In this document: in pieces, positions 31,501 to 41,200 of the stretch
Layout of the letters: every line of letters begins with the position of its first letter
Numbering within the stretch: the first letter of the stretch is position 1
From: Anaeromyxobacteraceae bacterium
Lineage (GTDB): Bacteria > Myxococcota > Myxococcia > Myxococcales > Anaeromyxobacteraceae
DNA length: 64,000 bases
Direction of reading: 5' to 3'
Assembly (NCBI GenBank): GCA_047602405.1
Contig: JASGHJ010000001.1
Span: forward strand, 128,001 to 192,000
The notes under the pieces: model-generated
What the model was told of the DNA's origin: nothing
Seen by the model: only the letters and a program-made list of their open reading frames with translations
Databases searched by the model: none
Translations under genes and position numbers: made by a program

Positions 31501-32369
31501 GGCTCGCGCTCGCGGCCACCCTCCGCCCGTTCCTGCTCCGCCGCACGAAGGCCGAGGTCGCCCCGGAGCTGCCGGCCCGCACCGAGCTCGTCGTGCCGGT
31601 GGTCCTCTCCCCGCCCGAGCTCCAGCGCTACGAGGAGTCCCGCCGCGCGATCGTCGCCCACCTCCAGAAGCTCAGGGACCTCCCGAAGGCGAAGAGGCGC
31701 ATCCACTTCCTCGCCGCGCTCACCGAGCTCCGGCTCCTCGCGTGCCACCCGCGCCTGCGCGACCGCACGAGCGCGCTCCCCTCCGCGAAGCTGGAGCGCT
31801 TCCTCGATCTCTTGCCCGAGCTCTCCGAGGGCGGCCACCGCACGCTCATCTTCAGCCAGTGGACCCGCCACCTCGCGCTCGTGCGCGAGGCGCTCGACGC
31901 GGCCGCCGTCCGGTACCTCTACCTCGACGGCGAGACGCCGCCCGAGGCGCGCGACGCGCTCGTGCGGAGGTTCCAGGGCGGCGAGGGCGCGCTCTTCCTC
32001 GTCTCGCTGCGCGCGGGCGGCAGCGGCCTCAACCTCACCGGCGCCGATTACGTCGTGCACCTCAATCCGTGGTGGAACCCCGCCGTCGAGGATCAGGCCA
32101 CCGACCGGGCGCACCGCATCGGCCAGACCCGGCCGGTCACCGTGCTGCGCCTCGTCTCGAGAGACACCATCGAGGAGAAGGTCCGCGCGCTGCAGGAGAA
32201 GAAGCGCCGCCTCGTCGACGGCGTGCTCGAGGGGATGGGCGCGGCGAGCCGGCTCTCGCTCGAGGAGCTCGAGGCGCTCGTCATGGACCCGCCGCGGCCG
32301 GGGCCGCCGCGGGGACCTCCTGGGGAGGAGGTGGAAAGCCCGCGAGCGGGATCTCCTTCAGGTGCGTGA
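28590..32369 (+). CDS. SEC-C + SWIM + SNF2 helicase fusion protein
   Basis: CPCGSG...CC (SEC-C), CSC....CLH (SWIM), LADDMGLGKT, DEAQ, WWNPAVEDQATDRAHRIGQ. Confidence 0.9.
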   Translation: MLPALAFAAEPSFPYACAAPADEACPCGSGLGFDRCCALPELAERQLTRLAVSRWASARGVEAQLEVMLREVIRSAPGSGAGVPRGLGAGFSVLDALAPPTGYRGSDYHLPERLRLACFDFLLEEASLVREARTHDATQLPRPEHPGLALLFDRLLELRTEALLHASPRPVRALAHGELTILERLQRIRFVEHRSTSCPGQGPTHPGFELELKGASQRPLPMPRCSCGSDVGCLHVLAAIDLTLSRIVDPLRAGAWHGLADELATPDWSRALEALKDARVPTGLARRPRPEQLGRRPLAFVLGRDGMARLLVTPWLMPAAGDAPERAATGADLWDRGLDPRDEDRSVLGAFGILKKSFSGRGGVTARIERGQDLQALLGHPRVHLDTATGPRVAVSTGHLGLLVRPATAASGADAGVEVLTAVDGEPVPTEALEQPGKDDSSALVWIDRARARVKIVNPGAEPAAVAIVLASLARVKGRFPVEAEPALMEQLDVLQGVLPLAVDPGLVAEDVPPSTTLLVRLELLAHGLAVTLLALPLVGATPQPPGAGPARVLSVVNGRRRQVWRALEAERAAALALVEALQLPDPESAALAWELDDDAAAHALVTRVREAAADRASDDPGSTASLPPLLVEWVGHEVRCAGAFRLDDFKVKVGGRKRDWFGVDGRVEVDGVSVGLAALLRALREGRTVLRADDGALLALGGELAARLAGLEQVLTRDDEGDLAAGPAAALTIADLVDDGAVLDASPDFLALRDRMRASAARPCPVPETFQGALRPYQAEGFRWLARLSGWAPGGVLADDMGLGKTLQALALLCERAGKGPALVLAPTSVCANWRDEAARFAPGLRVSLYRDADRSTGVDALRGLGPGDVLVASYGLLVSNAAAFEEATFATLVIDEAQAVKNAATRRAQVVRALKAEFTVALSGTPLENHLGELWSLYRIVYPALLGSWASFKLRFAEPIEQFGREDARLALAATLRPFLLRRTKAEVAPELPARTELVVPVVLSPPELQRYEESRRAIVAHLQKLRDLPKAKRRIHFLAALTELRLLACHPRLRDRTSALPSAKLERFLDLLPELSEGGHRTLIFSQWTRHLALVREALDAAAVRYLYLDGETPPEARDALVRRFQGGEGALFLVSLRAGGSGLNLTGADYVVHLNPWWNPAVEDQATDRAHRIGQTRPVTVLRLVSRDTIEEKVRALQEKKRRLVDGVLEGMGAASRLSLEELEALVMDPPRPGPPRGPPGEEVESPRAGSPSGA

Positions 32370-34091
32370 TCTTGAGCTCGGCGAACCGCCGCCCAGTCCG
32401 CGGCTGCAGGAGCCGGAAGTACTCGGTCGCCTCCGGCGCGTTGAGCGCGTCGCAGGCGCGCAGGAGCTCCGCCTCGCTCATCGGCGCCTTCGGCACGAGC
32501 AGGAAGAAGTTGTTCGAGCACCAGCGCCCCTCGAGATCCGGCGCCGCGAGCACGTGGTCGCCGGTCCGGCGCACGAGCAGCTTCGGCCGCTCGTACAGCG
32601 CGGGGTCGCCGAGGTTGAGGTAGTCGCCCGCCGCCGCGTCGAAGCGCGAGGGGTCGAGCTGGATCCACCGGCCCCCCCAGGCGAGCCGGCCCGCGGCGAT
32701 CTCGCCGCGGCCGAAGATGAGCGGGCGGCAGCGCGGCCCGTCCGGCCGCGCGAGGAACAGCCGCGCCCGCACGTTGCCCGAGTGGACGCCCTCGCGGATC
32801 GTGAAGAGCGCCCCGCCGGCGCGCCGAGCCCACGGAGCGCCGCGAGCCGCGCCTCGACCGCGGGCGAGAGGCCCAGGTTGAACCGGTGCTCCCGGTTCTC
32901 CGCGAACACCCGCTGCCGGATGAGCGCCGAGGGGCTCCTCGCCGGCCCGCCCTCGCCCACCTCCGGCACGCACCGCACGGCGTGCTCCGGCCCGGGCGGC
33001 CCGACCTGCGCGACCACCGTGCAGGCGTCGAGCCCGACTCCCCGGAACGCGAGCCCCCAGTGCGCGAGCTCCTCGAGCGCCGTCTCCTCCACGAGGAACC
33101 GCCGCACGCCCGGGTAGGCCTTGAGGAGCAGGATGTCCGGCAGGACGAGCCCGACCCGGCCGCCCGGCCGCACGAGCCGCACCGCGAGCTCCGTGAACGG
33201 CACCGAGCTGTCGAGCTTGCCGCTCCGCGCGGCCACGTACCGCGCGCGCACCGCCGCCGACGCGCGCGCGCCGAGCGCCGCGCCCCAGGGTGGGTTCGCG
33301 ACCGCGACGTCGAAGCGCGCCGGGCCCCACGCGACGCCGAGCAGCGACTCGCCGGCCCGCACGTGGCCCTCCGCCGGCGCGGCGCCACCCGCCGCGAGCC
33401 AGAGCCCCGCGCGGCAGAGGTCCGCCGCGAGCGGGTCCACGTCCACGCCGAACACGCAGCGCCGCACCACGTCCCGCAGCGCCCGCCGCGCGGCCGCCGC
33501 CGGGACGGCGCCCTTCGCCGGCCGGGCCCCGTCGCCGCCCGCCCGCGCCTGCGCGACGTGCCCCGCGAGCTGGCGCGCCGCCTCGAGCAGGAGGTGCCCC
33601 GCCCCGCACGCGGGATCCACGACGGTGAGCCCGAGCAGCGCCCGGTCCGGCCGCGCCGGCCGGGCGGCGAGGACCTCCGCCACCACCGGCGCGAGGGCCC
33701 GCTCGACGACCGCCCGCGCGACCGCGGCCGGCGTGTAGAAGGTCCCGCGCCGCCGCCGCACCCCGCGCGTGCCGCCGAGCGCCAGGCGCAGGTCGCCGAG
33801 GTGCTCCGGCGTGACCACCGCCCAGTCCACGGCGGCCGAGGCGAGCGCGCGCTCCACCCGCGCCGCGCCCGGGCGCGCCGACGGCGGCAGGACCGCCCGC
33901 GGCCAGGGCAACCCCGCGACCGGGATCCCCCGCGCCGCCGCGGCGAGCCGGAGCGCGACCCCGAAGGCGTGGCGCACGAGCGCCGCCCGCGCGCGGCCGC
34001 GACCGGCGCCACGCAGCGCCCCCTCGAACGCGCCGGCGAGCGCCGCCGCTCCGGCTGCGGGCTCTCGGGTGGGTGCTGGCCGGCGCGCCAT
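32281..34091 (-). pseudogene. N6-adenine DNA methyltransferase (Eco57I/TaqI-like) with frameshift near 32815-32825
   Basis: FYTP, DPACGAG, GVDVD, NPPW in one frame; TaqI_C-like specificity region (PKLLVRRTG...LN..., ELKITHLKEIP) continues in another frame; may be a sequencing error. Confidence 0.8.
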
Positions 34092-34240
34092 GCCGCGATC
34101 GTACCCGATGTCCGCGCGCCCGCCTCCTCGGCCGCCTCCCCGTGACCGTCCTACCCGCCGGCCGGCACGGTGGACATCTGAGGATGACGCCGCTTCGGCC
34201 GAAGCCGGCTTCCACGCTCATCGAAGGGAGCACCCCGCAC

Positions 34241-34714
34241 ATGAGGATCCCCGCAGCCCTCGGCGCCGCCGCCGCGCTCGCCCTCGCCGCCTGTGGCGAC
34301 GGCAACAACAACGACAAGAAGAACCAGCTCGACACGGCCATGTCCGGCACCTGGGCGGGCACCGCCACGCTGACCATCGAGGGCGTCGCGACCCCCACGA
34401 GCTTCCCCGGCGAGCTCGACGTGGCCGTGAGCGGCGACCAGGCCACCGTCTCGAAGCTCTGCCTCGACGCCGCGGCCTCGGGCTCGGTCGTCGCGAAGGG
34501 CGACGGCAGCGCCGCGAGCTGGAACGGCACCCAGGCGTGCCCCGCGATCGACTTCGAGGACTGCACCGGCGTCGTCATGACCTTCAAGACCGTGAACCTC
34601 GCGCTCGCCGGCACGACGCTCACCGCCACCGGCACCGGCACCGCCGAGGGTTGCAGCCTCACGAAGGGCTTCACGATCACCCTCACGGGCACGAAGGCCG
34701 GAAACCCACAGTGA
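34241..34714 (+). CDS. Putative lipoprotein (paralog 1)
   Basis: Lipobox LAAC; beta-rich, 4 further Cys. Confidence 0.75.
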   Translation: MRIPAALGAAAALALAACGDGNNNDKKNQLDTAMSGTWAGTATLTIEGVATPTSFPGELDVAVSGDQATVSKLCLDAAASGSVVAKGDGSAASWNGTQACPAIDFEDCTGVVMTFKTVNLALAGTTLTATGTGTAEGCSLTKGFTITLTGTKAGNPQ

Positions 34715-35178
34715 CGCGCGCGCTCCTCGCGGTGGCGCTCGCCGTGGCCGGCTGCGGGCCCGGCACGACGCAGCCCTCCACGCCCCCGTCCGATCCAGGG
34801 CCGCTCGCCTCCGGGCTCGCGGGCGACTGGGCCGGCACGGGGTCCCTCACGGTGCCCGGCGTCGACGCGACCGCCCGGGACGGCGCCTTCAGCGTCGCGC
34901 TCGACGGCCGCACGGCGACGCTCACCGGCGCCTGCCTCGACGGGTCGGGGACCGTGGCCCTCGAGGGCGGCGGCGTGAACGCCGCCTGGCACGGCACGCA
35001 GCGCTGCCCGGACGCCGCGGTCGCCGACTGCGCCACGGTGACGGTGACGCTCACCGACGCCTACCTGACCCTCGCGGACGGCAAGGCGTACCAGGCCACC
35101 TACGGCGACGTCGGCGGCTGCGGTCGGTCCCGCAGGTTCGTCCAGCAGCTCGTCGGCACGCGCGCGACGCCGCCCTGA
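34711..35178 (+). CDS. Putative lipoprotein (paralog 2)
   Basis: Lipobox VAGC; shares WAGT.LT, CLD, W.GTQ.CP, DC with upstream gene. Confidence 0.75.
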   Translation: MTRALLAVALAVAGCGPGTTQPSTPPSDPGPLASGLAGDWAGTGSLTVPGVDATARDGAFSVALDGRTATLTGACLDGSGTVALEGGGVNAAWHGTQRCPDAAVADCATVTVTLTDAYLTLADGKAYQATYGDVGGCGRSRRFVQQLVGTRATPP

Positions 35179-35190
35179 GCGGGCCGGGCG

Positions 35191-35211
35191 TGTCCGTGCC
35201 GGTGCGATCCT
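35191..35211 (+). promoter_or_regulatory. TGTCCG-N9-xAxxxT promoter motif (HD gene)
   Basis: TGTCCG TGCCGGTGC GATCCT, about 120 nt before ATG 35334. Confidence 0.5.
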
Positions 35212-35333
35212 CCGCTCATCCGTGAGAGAGGAGACGCCGACGCCGACCCGTTCTTCGACGAGCTCGAGACGGAGCGGCCGCGGGCGCTTGCCTGAGGTGG
35301 GACGGGCTGCCGGTGCCGTATCATCGGGGGACC

Positions 35334-35969
35334 ATGGCAAACGAGCGGATCACCCCGCGCTTCCTCCTGGCGCTCGAGGCCGCGCACGCGCTCCACGCGG
35401 CCCAGCGGCGCAAGGGCACCGACATCCCGTACCTCACCCACCTCATGAACGTCGCGTCGCTCGTCCTGCAGTTCGGCGGCGACGAGGACCAGGCCATCGC
35501 GGGCCTGCTCCACGACGCGGCGGAGGACCAGGGCGGGCGGCCCACGCTCGAGAAGGTCCGGCTCGCGTTCGGCGACCGCGTCGCCGCCATCGTGGACGGC
35601 TGCACCGACGCCTGGACGGAGCCGAAGCCGCCGTGGCGCGCGCGCAAGGAGGCCTACGTCGCGAGCCTCGCGAAGAAGCCCGCCGAGGTGCTCCTCGTCT
35701 CCGCCGCCGACAAGCTCGACAACGCCCGCGCGATCAACGCCGATCTGCGCGTGCACGGCGAGGCGCTGTGGGAGCGCTTCAGCGGCGGGAAGCAGTCGCT
35801 CTGGTACTACGACGCGCTCGCGAGGGCCTACGTGGAGCGCGGCGTCGGCCCGCTCGCGATCGTGCTCGACGCGGCGGTGGCGGAGATGCACGCGCTCGCC
35901 GGGGAAGCGCTGCCTCGCCCCCGTTCGCCCCGAGACCTCATGGACGGACACGTCCACCGGGGGGCATGA
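35334..35969 (+). CDS. HD-domain protein, (p)ppGpp hydrolase/Mesh1-like
   Basis: HAAQRRKG..IPYLTH, LLHDAAED, ADKLDNAR. Confidence 0.88.
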   Translation: MANERITPRFLLALEAAHALHAAQRRKGTDIPYLTHLMNVASLVLQFGGDEDQAIAGLLHDAAEDQGGRPTLEKVRLAFGDRVAAIVDGCTDAWTEPKPPWRARKEAYVASLAKKPAEVLLVSAADKLDNARAINADLRVHGEALWERFSGGKQSLWYYDALARAYVERGVGPLAIVLDAAVAEMHALAGEALPRPRSPRDLMDGHVHRGA

Positions 35970-36216
35970 AATGCCTGCCGTTGGTTGAGCGCGCGGGCGG
36001 TCCCGGTGTAGCGATCGACCTCGGAGGTGGTCGCTCAGAAGGCCGTTGCTACGTTCGGCGGTCCTGCCAGGAACCCCGTCCCCGAGACCGGCCCGCGCTG
36101 CGAATGGGTACCACGGTGTGCCGTACCTGGGCAGATGCATGCCTGGGAAGGGCGTGAAGCAGTGTCCTAGAAGCTACCCCGCGGCGCAGCGACCGCCTCC
36201 TTCCCCGGAGGTGGTC
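35967..36216 (+). ncRNA. Candidate IS110 bridge RNA region
   Basis: Non-coding left end with hairpins and short matches to reconstructed target and donor junctions. Confidence 0.55.
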
Positions 36217-37471
36217 ATGGAAGGAATCGTTGTCGATCGTGTCTGTGGACTCGACGTTCACAAGGAGCAAGTGACGGCCTGCGTGCTGCTGGGAGAGGGC
36301 TCCAGGCTGCGCAAGTTCGTGAGGGAGTTCTCGACGTTCACGTGCGACTTGCTGGCGCTCGTGGAGTGGCTGCGCGAGGAGCACGTCACGCACGTGGCCA
36401 TGGAGAGCACGGGCGTCTACTGGAAGCCCGTTTACGCGGTGCTGGAGTCGGCGGGCGAGCTCGAGCTCGTCGTTGGCAACGCGCAGCACATGAAGAACGT
36501 CCCAGGCCGCAAGACGGACGTGAAGGACTCGGAGTGGATCGCCCGACTCGTGAGGATGGGGCTGATCCGCAAGAGCTACGTGCCGCCGCTCTACCTTCGC
36601 GACCTACGGGACCTCGTTCGGTACCGACGCTCGGTCGTCCAGGCCCGGACGTCCGAGCGCAATCGACTACAGAAGGTCCTCGAGACCGCGAACGTGAAGC
36701 TCGCAAGCGTTGCCTCGGATGTCTTTGGCAAGTCTGGCATGGCGATGCTGCGAGCGATGGCCGATGGCGAATCCGACCCGCGCAACCTCGCGAAGCTCGC
36801 CGAAGGGCTCCTACGTAAGAAGATCCCCGAGCTCGAGGCCGCCCTCGACGGCCGGCTCCGCGACCACCACCGGTACATGTTGCGGCTACAGCTCGACCGG
36901 CTCGACGCTGCTGACCGCGACGTCGACACGCTAGAGAGGGAGATCGAGCGCCGACTCGAGCCCTATCGCGAGCAGGTCAAGCTGCTTTCGACGATTCCGG
37001 GCGTGAAGGTCCAGACCAGCGCGTCACTTCTCGCTGAGATCGGCCCCGACATGTCCGTCTTCGGCGGCCCGCGCCACCTGGCGAGTTGGGCTGGCGTCTG
37101 CCCCGGGAACGACGAATCGGCCGGGAAGCGGCGCTCCGGGCGTTCGCGGAAGGGGAACGTTCACCTCCGGTCGACCCTGGTCGAGGCTGCCGGCGCAGCC
37201 ATCCGCACCAAGAAGACCTACCTGCGAGACAAGTACTTCCGCCTCAAGGCCCGCCGAGGACACAAGCGAGCCACCTTCGCCATCGCCCACAAGATCCTCA
37301 ACGCCGCCTATGAGAATCCTCACGAAACACGTACCGTACGAGGACCTCGGGGACACCTACCTCGACCGGGTCGACGAAAAGCGCGTCGCCAAGAACCTCG
37401 TTCGCCGCCTTGAGCGCCTCGGCTATAGCGTGACCGTCACCTCACAGACACCCGAGGCGGTCACCTCCTAA
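36217..37471 (+). CDS. IS110 DEDD recombinase/transposase (apparent +1 frameshift at 37314-37318)
   Basis: GLDVHK, MESTGVYW, RKTDVKD, SWAGVCPGNDESAGK; typical C-terminus YEDLGDTYLD...LVRRLERLGY lies in shifted frame, stop at 37471. Confidence 0.92.
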
Positions 37472-37537
37472 CCCCGGCATTTCGAAGCAGCGTAGGGTCC
37501 GCGGAGCGGGCCTGAAGGCGAGGGGCGGCAGCGGCGA

Positions 37538-37559
37538 TGTCAGACCCTGGACATATGTT
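37538..37559 (+). promoter_or_regulatory. TGTCAG-N10-TATGTT promoter-like motif
   Basis: Matches TGTCRG-N10-TAnnnT geometry upstream of ORF 37595. Confidence 0.45.
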
Positions 37560-37594
37560 CAGCCTGTCTCGCTGAACCGCCAGGAGCTGACCCC

Positions 37595-38146
37595 ATGCCC
37601 ACCCCCGCCCTCATCGACGTCTCCAGCTACACCGCGCCTCCGACACCCCGCCCCCACTCCGCGAGCCGCCTCGCCCTCCTCCTCTCCCGCTCCGACGCGG
37701 GCGGGGCGCCGGGCAGCGTCTCCCCTGCCGTCCTCGCCGAGGCCCGCGCCCTCGGCATGGCCACAACCGCGGCGCTCGTGAACGTGCTCCTCGCGGGCGC
37801 GCTCCGGGTCCCGCAGCGCGACCGCTCCGGCGAGGCCGCCTGCGACCTCGCCGGCGCCCTCCACCTCGAGACCACCCTGCCCCGCCTCCTCGCGCTGGTG
37901 GACGTGGGCCGCACGCCGCTCTCGCTCTACCGGGCCGCGGTGCGGGCGATCGGCCGCATGGGCCCGGCCGCGCTGGGGCCCGTCGGCGAGGCCGTCGAGG
38001 AGGCCCGGGCCCGGGTCGAGGCCCACCGCGGCGAGGGCGAGGAGCGCGCGTTCTCCTCGGCCGTGGCCCGCCTGGGCCGCCACCTCGAGGCCGCCGCCGC
38101 CGTGAACGCCGCGCTGCGGGAAGCGGGGCCGTCCGTCGCCGCGTAG
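37595..38146 (+). CDS. Hypothetical helical (HEAT-like) protein
   Basis: AGGAG RBS; ACDLAGALHLETTLPRL, AVRAIGRMGPAAL. Confidence 0.6.
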   Translation: MPTPALIDVSSYTAPPTPRPHSASRLALLLSRSDAGGAPGSVSPAVLAEARALGMATTAALVNVLLAGALRVPQRDRSGEAACDLAGALHLETTLPRLLALVDVGRTPLSLYRAAVRAIGRMGPAALGPVGEAVEEARARVEAHRGEGEERAFSSAVARLGRHLEAAAAVNAALREAGPSVAA

Positions 38147-38182
38147 GTAGAAGGAACAGGCTCACCTGGGTCAAGGCGGGGA

Positions 38183-38203
38183 TGTCCGCCCCGTCGGTAG
38201 AGT
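38183..38203 (+). promoter_or_regulatory. TGTCCG-N9-TAxxxT promoter motif (addAB)
   Basis: TGTCCG CCCCGTCGG TAGAGT, 8 nt before in-frame GTG 38212. Confidence 0.65.
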
Positions 38204-38211
38204 GCTCCCCG

Positions 38212-41200
38212 GTGCCGCTCGTTCTCTTCGACACGCTCGACGATCTCGCCGCCGCGGGGCGGGCGCTCCCCGCCGGGGGGGCCCTGCCGGCGCGCACGGT
38301 GCTCGTGCGCTCCGAGCGGCAGGCCCACGCGCTCCGGGTCTGCCTCGCGCCCGCCCCGGCCGCGCTCGCCGGCACCCGCTTCGTCGGTCCGCTCGCGGCC
38401 GCCGAGGACGTCCTGCACGCCGCCGGCGTCGCGTTCGCGACCGGCGAGTCCGCGCTGCGCCCGTCCCGGCTCGCCCGGCTCTTCTCCTCCGGCCCGGCGC
38501 TCCGGCACTTCAGGGCCGCCGAGCTCGCCGCGACGCCCGGCTGGGACGACGCCTTCTCCTCGGCGCTCCACGCGCTCGAGAACGCCGGGCTGCGCCCGGA
38601 CGACCTCCCCGCCACGCCGCCCGCGCTCGCCGACCTCGCCGCGCTCTGGCGCGCCGCCGACGATGAGGCCGGCGCGTCCTTCACCGGCGCCCGGCTCTAC
38701 GCCGAGGCCGCCGCCGCGCTCGAGCGGAACCCCGCGCTCTGGCCCTTCCCCGGCGCGGTCCTCGCGCCGGTCGACGGCCACGAGCCCGCGGTGCTCGCCC
38801 GCTTCCTGCGCGCCGTGCCCGGCGCCACGCTCGCGCTCCGCCGGGCGCGCCCCGCCCGCGCGCGCTGGGTCGCCGGCGTCGAGGCCCGCTTCGGCGCGGA
38901 GGCCGGGGCGCTCGCCGCCGCGAGGCCTGCCGCCGCGGCGAGGCCCTCGACCGAGCTCGCCCGCCTGCAGGCGCTCCTCTTCCTCGAGGACCCCTCCGCG
39001 GCCGACGCGCTCGGCGCGGGCCGCGGCCCCGACGGCCCGGGCGCCGCGAGCTCCGTCACGCTCGAGGAGCACGCCGGCGTGGAGTCCGAGCTCGACGCCG
39101 CCGCGGCCTGGGCCGCGCGCGAGGTCCTCGAGCACCGCACGCCGCTCGCGCGCATCGCGGTGCTCGTGCCGGTGCTCGACCCGCTCGCCGGGCTCGTCGC
39201 CGACCGGCTCGAGCGGCTCGGCCTCGCCGCGCACGTGGCGGGCGCGGTCCCCGCGGTTTCGACGAGCGGCGGCGCGCGCCTCCTCGCGGTCGTGCGCGCG
39301 CTCCGGCGGCGCCTGCCCGCGCCCGAGCTCGCCGCGGTCTTGCCGTACCTCCGCATCGAGGAGCCCGCGTCGCTGGACCCCGGCGAGCTCCCGCGCGGCC
39401 ACCTCTCCCACGGCGACGCCCTCGCGCTCGCCTTCTCGCTCGGCACCGCCGGCGGCAGCCCCGCGCGCCCGGACGGCGCGCTCACCTGGACGGTCCGCGC
39501 GCAGGAGCGGCTCGGCGAGCTCGGTCGCGCCCTCGAGGCCGCGAAGCAGTCCGCCGGCTCCGACGAGCGCGAGGCCTGGCGGCTCGAGGCCACGCTCGGC
39601 GACCTCCGCGCCGTCCGCGGCGCGCTCGACGCGCTCGTCGGCGTCGCGCGCGCCGTCCACGCGAACGCGCCGCTCGACGCCGTCGCCGGGGCGCTCCTCG
39701 GCTTCGCGGCGGACGCGCTCCTCCTCCCCGGCGGCAAGGAGCGCCTCCTCGGCCCCCTCGCCGCCGCCCTCGCGCCCGCGCGCGCCTCCTCGCTCGGCGA
39801 GGCGCTCCGCGGCCCCGACGCGCTCGCCGCCATCGAGACCGCGCTCCTCGGCCTGCGCGTGGGCCGCGGCCGGTTCGGCGAGCCCGCCGTGTACGTCGGC
39901 ACCGTCGCCGGAGCGGCCGGGCTGTCGTTCGACGCGGTCCGCGTGATCGGCCTCGCCGAGGGCAGCATCCCGTCGGCGCCGCGCGAGGACCCGGTGCTGC
40001 CCGCGCCGGTGCGCGACGCCCTCGCGGCGAAGGCGCTCCTCCGCGCGCCGGAGGACGCCGTCCTCGCCCAGCTCCACGCGCTCCACGCGGTCGTCGCCGG
40101 CACCCGCCGCCGGCTCGTGCTCTCCGCGCCGCGCGTCGACCTCGCCCGCACCGAGCGCGAGCCCGCCGCGCTCTTCGTCGAGGTCGCCGCCGCGCTCGGC
40201 CGCCCGGACCAGGCGACCGGCGAGGCCGCCCCGCGGGTGCCGGACTCGCAGGCCCTCCGCCGCGACGCCTTCGACCCCGCGCGCCGCGACGCGGCCGCCT
40301 TCCGCCGCGCGAACCCGGTCGGCGAGGCCGCCTGGCTCGCCCGCGTCGCAGGCGGCGAGCGGGGGCTGCCGCCGCGGTGGACCGCGACGCCCACGTTCGA
40401 TCCGGCCCGGGCCGCCGCGCTGCTCCGCAGCGACGGCCCGCTCGGCGCGCGCGACGGCATCCTCGCCGAGGGCGGCCCGTTCCCGGTCGTGCCCGGCCTC
40501 GGCGCGGCGAAGCCCATCAGCGCCTCCGCGCTCAACGACCTCCTCGCCTGCCCCCGGCGGTTCCTCATGTCGCGCGTGCTCGGCTGGAAGGAGCCCGCCG
40601 GGACGCCCGAGCTCCGCGAGCTCGACGCGCTCTCGTTCGGCACGCTCGTCCACCGCGTGCACGAGCTCCTCTACCGCGAGCAGGGCCAGGCCATCGTCGG
40701 CGGCAAGGCGAAGGCGCCCGAGGTGCTCGCCCGCGCCCGCGCCATCGCCGACCGCGCGTTCGACGACCTCCTCCTGGAGTTCCCGCTCCTCGGCGCGAAG
40801 GTCCGCGAGAAGCAGCGGGAGCGCCTCCACGACGCCGTCGCCGAGTTCGTCGAGCACGACCTCCGGCGCTGGAAGCGCGCCGCCGCCGGGAAGCAGCCCG
40901 GCCGCTTCGTCGACGTCGAGCGCGGCTTCGGCACCGGCGCCACGCCGCTCCCGCTCGCCGCGGGCGGGCGCACCCTCCACGTGCACGGCTTCATCGACCG
41001 GCTCGACGCCACGCCCGACCGCACCGTCGTCCGCGACCTCAAGAGCGGCCGCCCGTACCTGCGCCAGGCCGGTGAGGCACCCGATCCCGGCCGCGACGTC
41101 CAGCTCGGCCTCTACCAGCGCGTCGCGCGGGAGCTCGCCGGCGCGTGGGGCCTCCCCGACGACGTGGAGGGCGCGTACGTCTTCGCGAACGGCCGCGGCG

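Larger units (their letters stand above)
35967..37489 (+). mobile_element. IS110-family insertion sequence (about 1.52 kb)
   Basis: Lower GC; GCA at both junctions (35964-66 and 37487-89); subterminal IR GAAATGCC/GGCATTTC; 250-nt non-coding left end. Confidence 0.85.
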
